From: Giardia intestinalis | Taxonomy: Eukaryota | DNA: 64,000 nt | Assembly: GCA_000002435.2 (NCBI GenBank) | Contig: CM018793.1 | Reading direction: 5' to 3' (one strand) | Shown here: piece after piece, positions 11,001 to 18,897 of the stretch | Numbering within the stretch: position 1 is the first letter of the stretch | Layout: every line of letters begins with the position of its first letter | The notes under the pieces: generated by a model | What the model was told of the DNA's origin: nothing | The model's database searches: none | What the model saw: only the letters and a program-made list of their open reading frames with translations | Program-made: the position numbers and the translations under genes

Positions 11001-12266
11001 ACAAAGGTAAGACATAGGATCTGCACGACTGGGGGAAGACTTGTTCTTTGATGCTGCCAGAATGGCTGATGTGCTGATAAGCCTTTGCTCTTCCGCTTTG
11101 TATGCTTCATGGTGTGAGATATCAGGCTCTAGACCACCAGACCTTGTGCGCAGCCCAAGTCCCACTGAAGGAGGAACAATATTTTTTGCGACAACAGACA
11201 CAGGGTCCCTAAGATGCTTAGAACGAGTAGACTGATAGAGGACCTCACACGGATCATCAAGTCCCGTTACCCGCGTGATTGTTTCTGCACTTCTGTTCAC
11301 AGAAGAAATACTCTTTGCTTTTATAGTTTTCTGGCGTTTAGTGGCCTCACAATCCTTATAGTACTGTAGCTCGCGGCGAGCCATTTCTGTAGCAAACTCT
11401 TCAGCGGCCTTTTTAGAAAGAAGTAACTGCTTTTTCCGTGCTTTAATATAGGTTGCTAATAATCTCTTTTGGTCTTCTTCTCGGAACTTTTTATAAACAT
11501 TGTCAGTGGTCACAATTCCATGCTCGATATTTGCAGCAATTTGCTCGTGGAATGCAGTGATTTCCTTGAGTCTCTGAGCCGTTCGTTTGTCTTCCTCATC
11601 AAGACGTCGCTGGACTCGTATGGAGTGTTCAGAATTGATTTTCTTTATTGTTTCCATTAGGTGAGCAAATGCGTTTTCTCTCTTTTGTTCTGCTTCAAGT
11701 ATGGCTTTGTCATACAGCTGTTGAATCTCCCTCGCCTTGCTAAGACGAGCACCATATTTGTCTAAGAATTCTCTATGTGCCTGTTTGGCTGCAGCTGTGC
11801 TATCCCTTGTCATAGGCCCATAGCTCTGTCCCTGGGAGGAGATGATATTGGATTTAGCAATGCTTCTGAGTGAAAGGCCTCCTGGCACCACTGCATCATG
11901 CTCAGGCATACTAGTTAAATCCTTCCTGTCTTTATGAGAGTGCGATCCCGTTGTAACAAGATCTCCCATTGCCCTCTTTGACTCCTTTAGCCGAGCCTCG
12001 TGAGCCGCCAGCTCCCGTTCTTCTCGGTCTACTTCTGTCATCAGCCTCTCCAAAAGATTATGCATATGTTCTATCTTATAGATTAGTGAGGAAAATTCTG
12101 AGTATAGATCGGAAAAGCGTTCATCAAAACTGTCACTGGGTCCAGATTGCAGGCCCAGTTCTACATTATGAAATTCTGTCGACACACGCTCATACTCCTT
12201 CCATAATGCCTCGTAGCGTGAGTACTCTTGGGACAGCCGTGAATTTATAACAGCCAATCGTGCCAT
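5025..12266 (-). CDS. Large (2413 aa) coiled-coil protein with several ASH/MSP-fold (PapD-like) domains; candidate cilia/flagella-associated protein (Hydin/CFAP-like)
   Basis: ATG (cat) at 12264-66 and stop at 5025-27, with a 14-bp 3' overlap with the convergent transporter gene. Three segments have an ASH/MSP-like beta-sandwich pattern: FDYAPGQSKSFVIQVTNVSAGLAAFKV...SVTIIFTPP; PGQEVRMHLGILPNNAKKFQVKC; and the C-terminal PASGTVQAGKMAKMTLSVPKLAFSG. Long heptad-like stretches also occur (LNEQLKQQLQELDSLLNYQQELETKLATLLQKKQ). Confidence 0.55.
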   Translation of the reverse strand: MARLAVINSRLSQEYSRYEALWKEYERVSTEFHNVELGLQSGPSDSFDERFSDLYSEFSSLIYKIEHMHNLLERLMTEVDREERELAAHEARLKESKRAMGDLVTTGSHSHKDRKDLTSMPEHDAVVPGGLSLRSIAKSNIISSQGQSYGPMTRDSTAAAKQAHREFLDKYGARLSKAREIQQLYDKAILEAEQKRENAFAHLMETIKKINSEHSIRVQRRLDEEDKRTAQRLKEITAFHEQIAANIEHGIVTTDNVYKKFREEDQKRLLATYIKARKKQLLLSKKAAEEFATEMARRELQYYKDCEATKRQKTIKAKSISSVNRSAETITRVTGLDDPCEVLYQSTRSKHLRDPVSVVAKNIVPPSVGLGLRTRSGGLEPDISHHEAYKAEEQRLISTSAILAASKNKSSPSRADPMSYLCKDPFYDMLPKNTTPANTTTQVAADLQEATRTSSKEQRRPSPTQVPARGKGADAKKEVREIDFDAWPSSDDDNEVALAYDHAPPPPPESFSTTKRDKTNTQKLPVAKPIVSSQASERLGAKKLASSHLRKLKTLDMPCAIQTQTVMSSHLSSSSAFLCHPSAVIFFDYAPGQSKSFVIQVTNVSAGLAAFKVLEPEPQVLHLLKFTYTPSGFMASGAKTSVTIIFTPPLNEKACLTVIDTSLTIKYQTGELHVPITCYPRQIAILILKNLELVRKVYEISISLRNSSPETLATKATLIHTNINGAIISDLGATLSQTMNLSSLALNKDGGRELITLATPPHGVSQEAFYLSNSGALPALVRIRLDACALHSSLLGIPVPQTILTGSLTEIQQIANDNVKAHSTSRPFSMEKQLSEQMHLTFDAQSSSPSTLRGSMSRRKGMLLDRTIPQTFRSTSVSIDTVYSYMQQATRSTSPRIPSKLYSTDEVETRHREVEAYVSALNKRVEEILASNTPAEVNPPAAKSLVARQRSPKAGLIQQKQTHSTDNDTTVVPNITRDDAIDVAITELGPQPEELSTELMVEALSNISVTGHNESARTAPLLQIGTPFLAFYEGKAFHFEPYFARLKKEKLKDILSENLQAITAQLEDERRAYEKSLEQPVALQKGNGGTANSSTNKGGGRPPSTRGTKDVLTTNDQQSSKEDTASNTLLDPVFFKSELDRRVKEKTETDMTAWAQAYNVANDLLEYTVHSNIELSIVLPPMSIVALPVVHSPLRFLLDMILKLNLTVKPIFPCLDKSDDDYAVLQSSGEFTNTLLVNAYTLQSGVYALSSSIDYLTCFYNSTYSSEIRLRSVDNNSRPITVFVPTLMKTICSSNVSETIICKTTGDLHIKVSLLCESKAELMRILNQVEQYQELVDYTDLEYTIKENRRPPATKCPLESWADIFISGVDQYAPTLPSVVLGDDVRALNEQLKQQLQELDSLLNYQQELETKLATLLQKKQAVEDALRDADDSKPSSTLGSGRAKELAKAVEKKTPSKSKTTSSTSSQEEFQRLTLECDQLSSNLQTIRDQDLPLLQGRVANAKAELRNLSSVGGYISCSFNILIRVSGQPEPILVRLSTCFTSSELLVKLPYTHPSASEESASIRAKSSVLSQVTKTVRTMRTVGTLATRANRTLTEGYLTINDTLDLQDRSSVNLGEIALWHVTNVPVIVRNSSALPQHVALLTKPVPDVSLLAGPDNGTILLYPGQEVRMHLGILPNNAKKFQVKCSIESEFGYIKNFTICATSMQPSLLCQSSMDIFRMSVTDILRVEQIYLRSTVNMPKKWSISPAFLQFMETNFNGFLSIKPTAGVVAAQSIYRMSVTINTSASLLVRLLSFLDDQHADEALKDLLDLSQTSRPISATAVSPSHNALETYTAEPSPNTSAVLGTSSTTDIINYLTKKNQFLYIQRRHLDPSVLLPDNSSILSDSDVSVENDPTTTDLVNTEEGKQKKLDSNEMVQSKKQIFVDQHLTINIPIMTEDAASPFLVCPLNLLIARPIIVIAPVPNRLCDELDVAPDDAILIPPLTFKEDLNSTEGTTSSALLTANGGSLQVVTQGIPEDPITKQMPALAESKYVANLLRQEALKLPTILAHNQSLITLNFGYVPLGCVSNRSAVISLNESLPFYDREQYYGDHFQFRRQLEEAFDSDIILTSCLEEASMTAQKPLTLHFEYSPRRVGYTEETIELSSSSLLTSQRLNNVILKLKGYGVKVTLAVTLDSSSSLVQTDFPLPDIYTASQSDVIYTESPPILIVDTSETYTHLIALTLSNENKYDFKYNVKYHECSENISQTAIASEGVVPKGSSIMTKILIGVFGVTEANGSLAVTEIVSGDAKKLVICRCFASRHPVSMYFIGPVVTVPLQGSTKIYCGCAIEQPQAEFKHISTSPQLLDLVISPASGTVQAGKMAKMTLSVPKLAFSGALSLTMEGYISFKLTCGSFEKTAILPVRITLN

Positions 12267-12701
12267 TGCACAACTTTTTAATTACTTCTCTTTGTATCTC
12301 AAATTTTAGGAGGACCAGCTACTCTAGCTATGATAAGTATTTCGATGAAGTTAGGACATGTGTTTTCTATGCCATCTTTTCTAAGGGATACTCTCACAAA
12401 CCCGTAAGCTAATTGCAACCTACCTTTGTTTGTCCATACAAAGATAATAGATTGGCAATTCATTAAACTTTCCTTGCTAAAAAGAGCAAGAACAAAGTTG
12501 GATTGACAGATTATATGACTGTTACGTGTGGATTAGTGAGAAACTAGGCGCTAGAATCTGAAACGCATCCAGTGAAAAGATCAGCAGAAAGCGTTAGCAA
12601 GCTATCAGGATGGTCAAATTGTCTTGCTGCAATGCATCTCTCTGTGGAGTTTCAGATGAGTACAATTGCGCCAAATTTGAGAATTTGAAATAAATTTTTG
12701 A

Positions 12702-14198
12702 ATGAAAGCTCTGATCACTGATAAGGCGTACAATTGGGCAGCGCACGCTAAGTATGATGAGAAGGCAGTGTTTCAGGACCTGACTAACGATCTCAAGCGC
12801 TATCAGGCCGCGAAGCATCCAGAGGACCTTCCGCTAACGAATACTGAAAAGCAGGTTTTCCAGTCCGATGATGCGCCCAAAGCTTCTCAGAGCACTCTCC
12901 CAGCAACACCCGGGGGGACATTGTATCCTGGCGGAGTCAAAGGGGCGCAAACTATGGGTTCTGTTAGCGGGGTGACGTCCCATTCAGCTCTCCATGACGA
13001 CAAGATGACTGAAACAGTTGGTGGACTTCCATCGCTAAACAGGTCACACAGTGATACACGACCTGTGAACCATTCTGCATGCCCTACGCTCTGGGGATAT
13101 AGCCGTCAACAGGCCATCTCCAAGACAACAGCCCCGTCGATGGCCAATGCCAAGGCGAATTCTCGGAGGTTGAAGAGTCAAATAATAAATGACGCACCAG
13201 TTGGCGCTCCTCCTACATGTGTAGATTGCAACACCTTTCTAGCTGGTACTCTCGATCAGAAGTCAGGCTCCCGCGGTGGAAAGGCTACTAGAGGCTCTAG
13301 CGAGCCATCTAGCTTTGCTCTAAAGCGTGGCTACATCTATGTACCTCCCCAAATGCAGGGATCAACGGCTCCCAAGCCGATCTATGCTAAAGCAATGCTT
13401 TCGCAGACAAGCTATATTCCAGCTGCAGACTCATCGGCCGAGACCCTGTGGAGGAAGCAGTGGAATGTGTCGTGCCACCAACATGATTACACACTCAACC
13501 GGAAGGCAACAGATGGAGTCGGGCCACTTGTCCCCACATATTGGTCTGAAGCTGACTCCGGAGCAAGATTTACTGTCACATATGGCAACAAAATCGGAGA
13601 AATGCCAGAAGGAGCAGAATTTGGTCCTGTAGATAGCAAGCTTAGGTACGTTCCACGTGACGTCCCCAACGCGCCTAAATCTTCCTTCTTGACTGCTCCC
13701 GTTGGCCAGATGTTCTCTAAGACGGATAGCCTTCGCTGGGGTTTAACAGGGGGCAAGCCCTACCTTCGAAACATCACAGAAGAAAACGTACAGGACACGA
13801 TGACACTTGAGAGAGAGCTCAAATATGACGACAGAACTACGCACAGGAAGAGCTACATCCCCATGTCTGACATGGCCAAAGATGCAGCGGCGAATGACCA
13901 CGCAGAGTGTGTACGTTTATGGCGTGAGCAATACACCAAGCCATGCCCGGTACCGAAGGGTGCGCCACTTCCGATGGAAACCACCCAGCAAGTAGCCAAT
14001 AGAATAACAAGCATGAATAACGAACTTACAAGCCAGCGAGAAGAGGCCTCTCTGCGTAAAAGGCTGCAAGAGGAAACTGGAATCCTTTATAAGCCACCGT
14101 ACGCTGGTGAGTGGGCACAAGGACTTCCAGAGAGGCGAATGCATCAGCTAGATACCCTGATTCAGGCTGTGAAGCTGGACCCAGATCAAAATGAATAG
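12702..14198 (+). CDS. Hypothetical protein, 498 aa, Ser/Thr/Pro-rich, no recognisable domain
   Basis: ATG at 12702 after an AT-rich leader (tgaatgaaagct). Long uninterrupted frame. Divergent from the 2413-aa gene across a 435-bp AT-rich intergenic region. Confidence 0.55.
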   Translation: MKALITDKAYNWAAHAKYDEKAVFQDLTNDLKRYQAAKHPEDLPLTNTEKQVFQSDDAPKASQSTLPATPGGTLYPGGVKGAQTMGSVSGVTSHSALHDDKMTETVGGLPSLNRSHSDTRPVNHSACPTLWGYSRQQAISKTTAPSMANAKANSRRLKSQIINDAPVGAPPTCVDCNTFLAGTLDQKSGSRGGKATRGSSEPSSFALKRGYIYVPPQMQGSTAPKPIYAKAMLSQTSYIPAADSSAETLWRKQWNVSCHQHDYTLNRKATDGVGPLVPTYWSEADSGARFTVTYGNKIGEMPEGAEFGPVDSKLRYVPRDVPNAPKSSFLTAPVGQMFSKTDSLRWGLTGGKPYLRNITEENVQDTMTLERELKYDDRTTHRKSYIPMSDMAKDAAANDHAECVRLWREQYTKPCPVPKGAPLPMETTQQVANRITSMNNELTSQREEASLRKRLQEETGILYKPPYAGEWAQGLPERRMHQLDTLIQAVKLDPDQNE

Positions 14199-14203
14199 AG
14201 TTA

Positions 14204-15259
14204 TCATGCCAACTTCTGGTTGAGACGACAGTAGCTGTTGTAAATAGCAAGCACAAACCGCTCGAGGATACTAGAATCCGACACTCTCCGTGCTACATAC
14301 AGTCCTGCTCGTTGGTAAGCATCTCCAACAGCATGGCGGAGAGATTCGGGCACCTGTGCTTCAAAGCAAAGGCTTCTCCAAAGTTCACGAATAACATCCA
14401 AGGCAGGATAACCGATGCGAACAACAGATTTGTGTAAATACTCTATTAGAGATTCGACAGGTAAAGACACATCCGTCATCTTCTCAATGAGCGAGGCAAT
14501 AAGCTCATCCGGGATCTTCCCAGCCAAAAGGTGAACATGCTTTGGAGAAAGCTCTTCCTCCATATTCTGACAAAACTGAACTGTTGCCTGCAGCAAGGTT
14601 ATGGCAGCGCGCATATCGCCTTGGGAAAGGGTGGCCACTTCTCCAAGAGCCTCGGAAGCAGATGAGGACAGCTTTTCGTTTGCATTTCTAAGTTGGTGCA
14701 TCTCAGCATAGCAGATAGATTCAAGCCTATCGATAATTAAAGGTCGGGGCAGCGAGGAGAATGCAAAGCGTGCACAGCGTGAAACAATAGGGGCTATAAT
14801 CTGACTAGGATAGTTGCAGATGATACAGAATCTCGTGGTTTCCGAGAAGTCTTCTATGATGCGCCTCAACGCCGCCTGGGACTCTCGTGTAAGGGCGTCT
14901 GCTTCGTCAAGGATAATTACCTGGAAATCAGGACAGGGGTAAACGGCCTTTACGTCATCCGGCGCTACAGCAATCACGGTTCGTGCGATGCTCTTGATTC
15001 TCTCTCGCACGATCTTAATGCCTCTGTCGGTACTAGCGTTAAACTCACTGACCCGTGCTCGCCAGAAACGCGGGCCAAAGAATTCATGCATCATCGCGTG
15101 GATAAGCGTCGTCTTTCCCGTCCCAGCGGGTCCATACAGTAGCATATGAGGCATGTTTCCCGACTCAATACACCTCTTGGCTGCACGGACTGCGTGATCT
15201 TGGTGCATTATGCGGTCAAGCAACAGCGGTCGGTGCTTTTCAGTCCACGGCGCAGACAT
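14204..15259 (-). CDS. Replication factor C small subunit (clamp-loader AAA+ ATPase, RFC2-5 class)
   Basis: EKHRP, Walker A LLYGPAGTGKTT, Walker B ILDEADALT, sensor/arginine finger SQAALRRIIE, and the RFC-box SRC motif in CNYPSQIIAPIVSRCARFAF. ATG (cat) at 15257-59. Confidence 0.9.
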   Translation of the reverse strand: MSAPWTEKHRPLLLDRIMHQDHAVRAAKRCIESGNMPHMLLYGPAGTGKTTLIHAMMHEFFGPRFWRARVSEFNASTDRGIKIVRERIKSIARTVIAVAPDDVKAVYPCPDFQVIILDEADALTRESQAALRRIIEDFSETTRFCIICNYPSQIIAPIVSRCARFAFSSLPRPLIIDRLESICYAEMHQLRNANEKLSSSASEALGEVATLSQGDMRAAITLLQATVQFCQNMEEELSPKHVHLLAGKIPDELIASLIEKMTDVSLPVESLIEYLHKSVVRIGYPALDVIRELWRSLCFEAQVPESLRHAVGDAYQRAGLYVARRVSDSSILERFVLAIYNSYCRLNQKLA

Positions 15260-15520
15260 GGAAAGTTTTTAATTGAAGGATGTCTCTGCGTATGAAACCG
15301 GAGACCCTCCGGTGACCAAGAGCAGCTTCTATCAACGATGCTTGGCCAGCCTATGCACATGCATACGCCGGTAGAGACCAAACTGGGCTTCTGCTTGCTT
15401 TTCCCAGAACGAGACGCCGAGCCTCCACCCAGCCTGTCCCTATCATCGTTTTTTGACGAAAAGAGAATTTTTTGTTCACTTATAAGAAGGAGCTTTTATA
15501 AGTACTGAAGCATGGGCTAG

Positions 15521-17404
15521 TTAGTCCTTGGTTGCTGCTACTTTATGTCCGAAAATGTTCGGCTTTTTTCTCCGACCCTTCACAGATCCTCGGAGAGCTA
15601 TAGCGTCATACATCGTCAGAAAATCTTGAACATCTATATCCTTACTTGCTCGTGCATAGTCTAAAGCCGATTGTTTCTTGTTGTCCCGTATGGAATATTC
15701 ATAAGGGGCAAGCCACTTGACAAGCTGTAGGTGGCCATTGATGGTAGCAAAGATCAGAGCCGTCTTTCCTTCACTGTCTTGCATTCCATATTCCTCTTCA
15801 ATAAGCTCTTGGAGAACTCCTTCGCTATTCATAGCCGCTGCAATCATAAGGGCGGTAAGTCCATTTCCCGTTTGCTTCTTCATCTCTCTTAGCTTAAGGA
15901 GTCTTGCCACACGATGGTGATCCCCAGTAGCTGCTTTCATAAGCGCTGTCCAGCCCGCGTTGGTGGCTAACCCTGCTTCGTATTCAACAAGGAGCTCAAC
16001 AATAGACGTATGGCCCTGTGTTGCGGCGATGATCAAGGCGGTATCTCCAACATCGGTTGTCTTACCAGCCTCTGCTTCCAAGAGAAAGCGTACTATCTGC
16101 AGGTGATTATTCTCAGCCGCCATCATCAGGGCCGTCTTACAATCTTGATTTTGCAGGCCTACTTGGGAGTCCATGTACTGCAACACACTAGCTAAGTTAC
16201 CACTTGCTGCAGCGAGCATGAGAGGTGTATTACCATACTTATCTCTTGAGATGGATATCTGGACATCTTGAATAACTGGTAGAGATCTGACAGGGTTTAG
16301 AAGCTCTTCTTTAGTTCGCATTGCAGATGCTATACTCTTAGTTGGTGCTGCTCCGATACCGACTGAATCGTTTTGACCCTGAGTAGACAACAGATCGCTT
16401 GAAGGCATAATTTCGACGCTTTCTACAGCATGGATGGCTGCATGCCGGTCTCGGGCAAGTATTGATTTTCCTGTGACATCGACATTGGTACCAAAGACAT
16501 CCTGCACACTTGGCGCCACTGGAGCTGGCGTTTTAAGGAGGTCTACCTTTCCACTATTATATTGTTCTCCAGTTTCTTGAATCTTCGGGTAACGGAGTAG
16601 TTCGTTTGCCGCTGGTCTCTTGGAAAAATCTACGGTGAGCATCATATCGATGAAAAGACACAGCTCTTGGGAGTAGTTGTCTAGGTGCAAAGGGCGAGGG
16701 AGCTCATCTATCTGTTTTAGAACAACGTCTGTTCCCTTTCCAACAAACATCCTCTGCTTGGTGCACAGCTCATACAGTGCACATCCCAGCGCCCATATGT
16801 CTATTTTCTCGTTGTACTCCTGGCCCTTGAGAAGTTCTGGAGCCATATAGCATGTTGTTCCCACATTTGTAGTCGCCATTATTCCATCTCCTATTGTTCT
16901 GCATATACCAAAGTCAGCGAACTTGACAGTGACCTCGCCCGCCCGAAGAATATTCTCTGGTTTAATGTCTCTGTGTACGACTCGCCCCATATTCGGGCAG
17001 TTCTCCTTGAACGGGCTATGACAGTATTCAAGAGCATTGAGGAGCTGATAGGCAAAGATCCATATAGTGGACTCTGGAATATCCTTTCTCGCCCGTCTAT
17101 AGTGCTTTATGAGATCCGAAAGGTCTCCTTTGTCGCAAAATTCCATCAACATGTAATACACTTCGTTGACGGGATCTTTGTAAACGTTTGTAAAATGAAC
17201 AATGTTAGGGTGTTTCAGAGAAATTAGGAGCTTGAGCTCGTTATCTTGAATCTCTTTGTACTTGTCGGAGAGACAGCCATAGTCGATTTCCTTACAAGCA
17301 AAGATCTCATTTGTCTTGAGGCTCCTGACCTTATAAACCTTACCAAAGCCTCCCTGGCCTATAAGACCTAGGCTTTCGTAGTCCTCCATGCAGGCAGATT
17401 CCAT
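15521..17404 (-). CDS. Ser/Thr protein kinase of the NEK family with C-terminal ankyrin repeats
   Basis: Gly-loop GQGGFGKVYKV, catalytic Lys in FACKEI, HRDIKPENIL, DFG, and YMAPELL. The C-terminal half has at least 5 ankyrin repeats (GNTPLMLAAASGNLASV, KTALMMAAENNHLQIVRFLL, DTALIIAATQGHTSIVELL, WTALMKAATGDHHRVARLL, KTALIFATINGHLQLVKWL). This architecture matches the expanded Giardia NEK-ankyrin kinase family. Confidence 0.9.
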   Translation of the reverse strand: MESACMEDYESLGLIGQGGFGKVYKVRSLKTNEIFACKEIDYGCLSDKYKEIQDNELKLLISLKHPNIVHFTNVYKDPVNEVYYMLMEFCDKGDLSDLIKHYRRARKDIPESTIWIFAYQLLNALEYCHSPFKENCPNMGRVVHRDIKPENILRAGEVTVKFADFGICRTIGDGIMATTNVGTTCYMAPELLKGQEYNEKIDIWALGCALYELCTKQRMFVGKGTDVVLKQIDELPRPLHLDNYSQELCLFIDMMLTVDFSKRPAANELLRYPKIQETGEQYNSGKVDLLKTPAPVAPSVQDVFGTNVDVTGKSILARDRHAAIHAVESVEIMPSSDLLSTQGQNDSVGIGAAPTKSIASAMRTKEELLNPVRSLPVIQDVQISISRDKYGNTPLMLAAASGNLASVLQYMDSQVGLQNQDCKTALMMAAENNHLQIVRFLLEAEAGKTTDVGDTALIIAATQGHTSIVELLVEYEAGLATNAGWTALMKAATGDHHRVARLLKLREMKKQTGNGLTALMIAAAMNSEGVLQELIEEEYGMQDSEGKTALIFATINGHLQLVKWLAPYEYSIRDNKKQSALDYARASKDIDVQDFLTMYDAIALRGSVKGRRKKPNIFGHKVAATKD

Positions 17405-17448
17405 GGAAACACTAAGAGGTCCGATTATACTTTTTTGCTTTTACCCTT

Positions 17449-18894
17449 ATGTCCTCCATGGAAGCAGAACACAAAGGATATCAGCGACGCTTCGCTACAA
17501 CATTTTGGGGTATAACTGATCTCCAAGCAATGAAGGATATGGGATATTGTGTTTGTGGAGAGCGAGAGGGAGCCACCAGGTTGATGCTCGGAGGCATTGA
17601 GGATGCACCCAGTCCGGAGACCTTGGCAGGCGTTGCAGCATACCTATCACGAGAAGCCCTTGTCGCCCTCAAGGGGAGTCACTGTTCGAAGCAGGGAACA
17701 GTGTGTAAGGTGAGATTCACTGGCACATGTACGCAGGTGTTTTGTTGTTGTAGAGCAATTGCAGATGCACTGATATCTATTCAGAGGAAGCTTTTCTACA
17801 ATAACGCACGCCTAACTCTTAACCAACAGCGCGATGCAACGAAGCAGGGCACGGAGGAGCTTTCTTTGGCAGCTTTGCATGGAAGCAAGCTTCTGCTCTC
17901 CTCCGCCATTGGCTCAGAACGTCTCTTTCCCGCCATCCATCAACTGCAATGCGTGACAGACAATCTGCAATTTACATTGGACTCCCTCAGATCAGTCGCA
18001 ATATCCATCGAGGCCACATCTCACGATCAGGAACTCAGTATTTATGGAATCTCGAAAGCAGACACGTTAGTCTCTACAGATATTCAGTTATTAGCCTTTA
18101 ATTTGTATCGTAATACAACGGATAGCGCCATACAGGCATACACAAATGCACTCATTGAGGCAGCAAAGTTACTGGAGACGGTGTTCCAATATGCCAAGCT
18201 TGTGATCAGCCCCTACCGCCTTATTTGGAATGGTGTGGCTATAGTGGCCACGCAAGATTTGTGGAGCAACACGTGCAAAAAGCTCACAGACCTACTGAAC
18301 CACACTCTAAACGGAAGCTTTACTGGTAGCATTGTAAAGTACGACAGACAACACATATTCAACGCCCATGGGAGCCTGAACAATGTGCTGGGAAACATCT
18401 ACGCTGCCAGGACACTCCCACTCTATGAGGTAGAACTAGGTTTGGATGAGGAGCTTGAGGAGCATCAGGTAGGCGTGTCTTCTATAGAGTGCTTAGCAAT
18501 CTTAAACGCTGTTGCAGATCAAGATCAACGTGACACAGAGAGCATGGAAGAGCTTGTTGCAGATCTATGGGAGTACTGTGAGTCTATAACTATCAAAGGG
18601 GCCATAATTAGCATAGCATTTTCTGGAGAATCTCCAGCACTCACGGGATTCCTAAATGAGGAATCTGGGGCCTGGGTGTCCTTTTCCGGACTTGAGCTAG
18701 AGGTGAGTCCATGTCCGTGGAAAGGCGTTTTAATTGTTCAGTTAAAGCCAGAATATCTGCAGATACTACAAGAGGGGCTGAATCGCGCCTCATACAAGGG
18801 CCGGACTCTATATGCAATCAGGATAATGTGTCCTTCTGAACTGGTCGAGCATCCACAATCAACACAGACAGACGACGAGGGGTCAACAATCTGA
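17449..18894 (+). CDS. Hypothetical protein, 481 aa
   Basis: ATG at 17449, 44 bp from the divergent kinase start. Clean long frame; no domain recognised by eye. Confidence 0.5.
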   Translation: MSSMEAEHKGYQRRFATTFWGITDLQAMKDMGYCVCGEREGATRLMLGGIEDAPSPETLAGVAAYLSREALVALKGSHCSKQGTVCKVRFTGTCTQVFCCCRAIADALISIQRKLFYNNARLTLNQQRDATKQGTEELSLAALHGSKLLLSSAIGSERLFPAIHQLQCVTDNLQFTLDSLRSVAISIEATSHDQELSIYGISKADTLVSTDIQLLAFNLYRNTTDSAIQAYTNALIEAAKLLETVFQYAKLVISPYRLIWNGVAIVATQDLWSNTCKKLTDLLNHTLNGSFTGSIVKYDRQHIFNAHGSLNNVLGNIYAARTLPLYEVELGLDEELEEHQVGVSSIECLAILNAVADQDQRDTESMEELVADLWEYCESITIKGAIISIAFSGESPALTGFLNEESGAWVSFSGLELEVSPCPWKGVLIVQLKPEYLQILQEGLNRASYKGRTLYAIRIMCPSELVEHPQSTQTDDEGSTI

Positions 18895-18897
18895 ATC

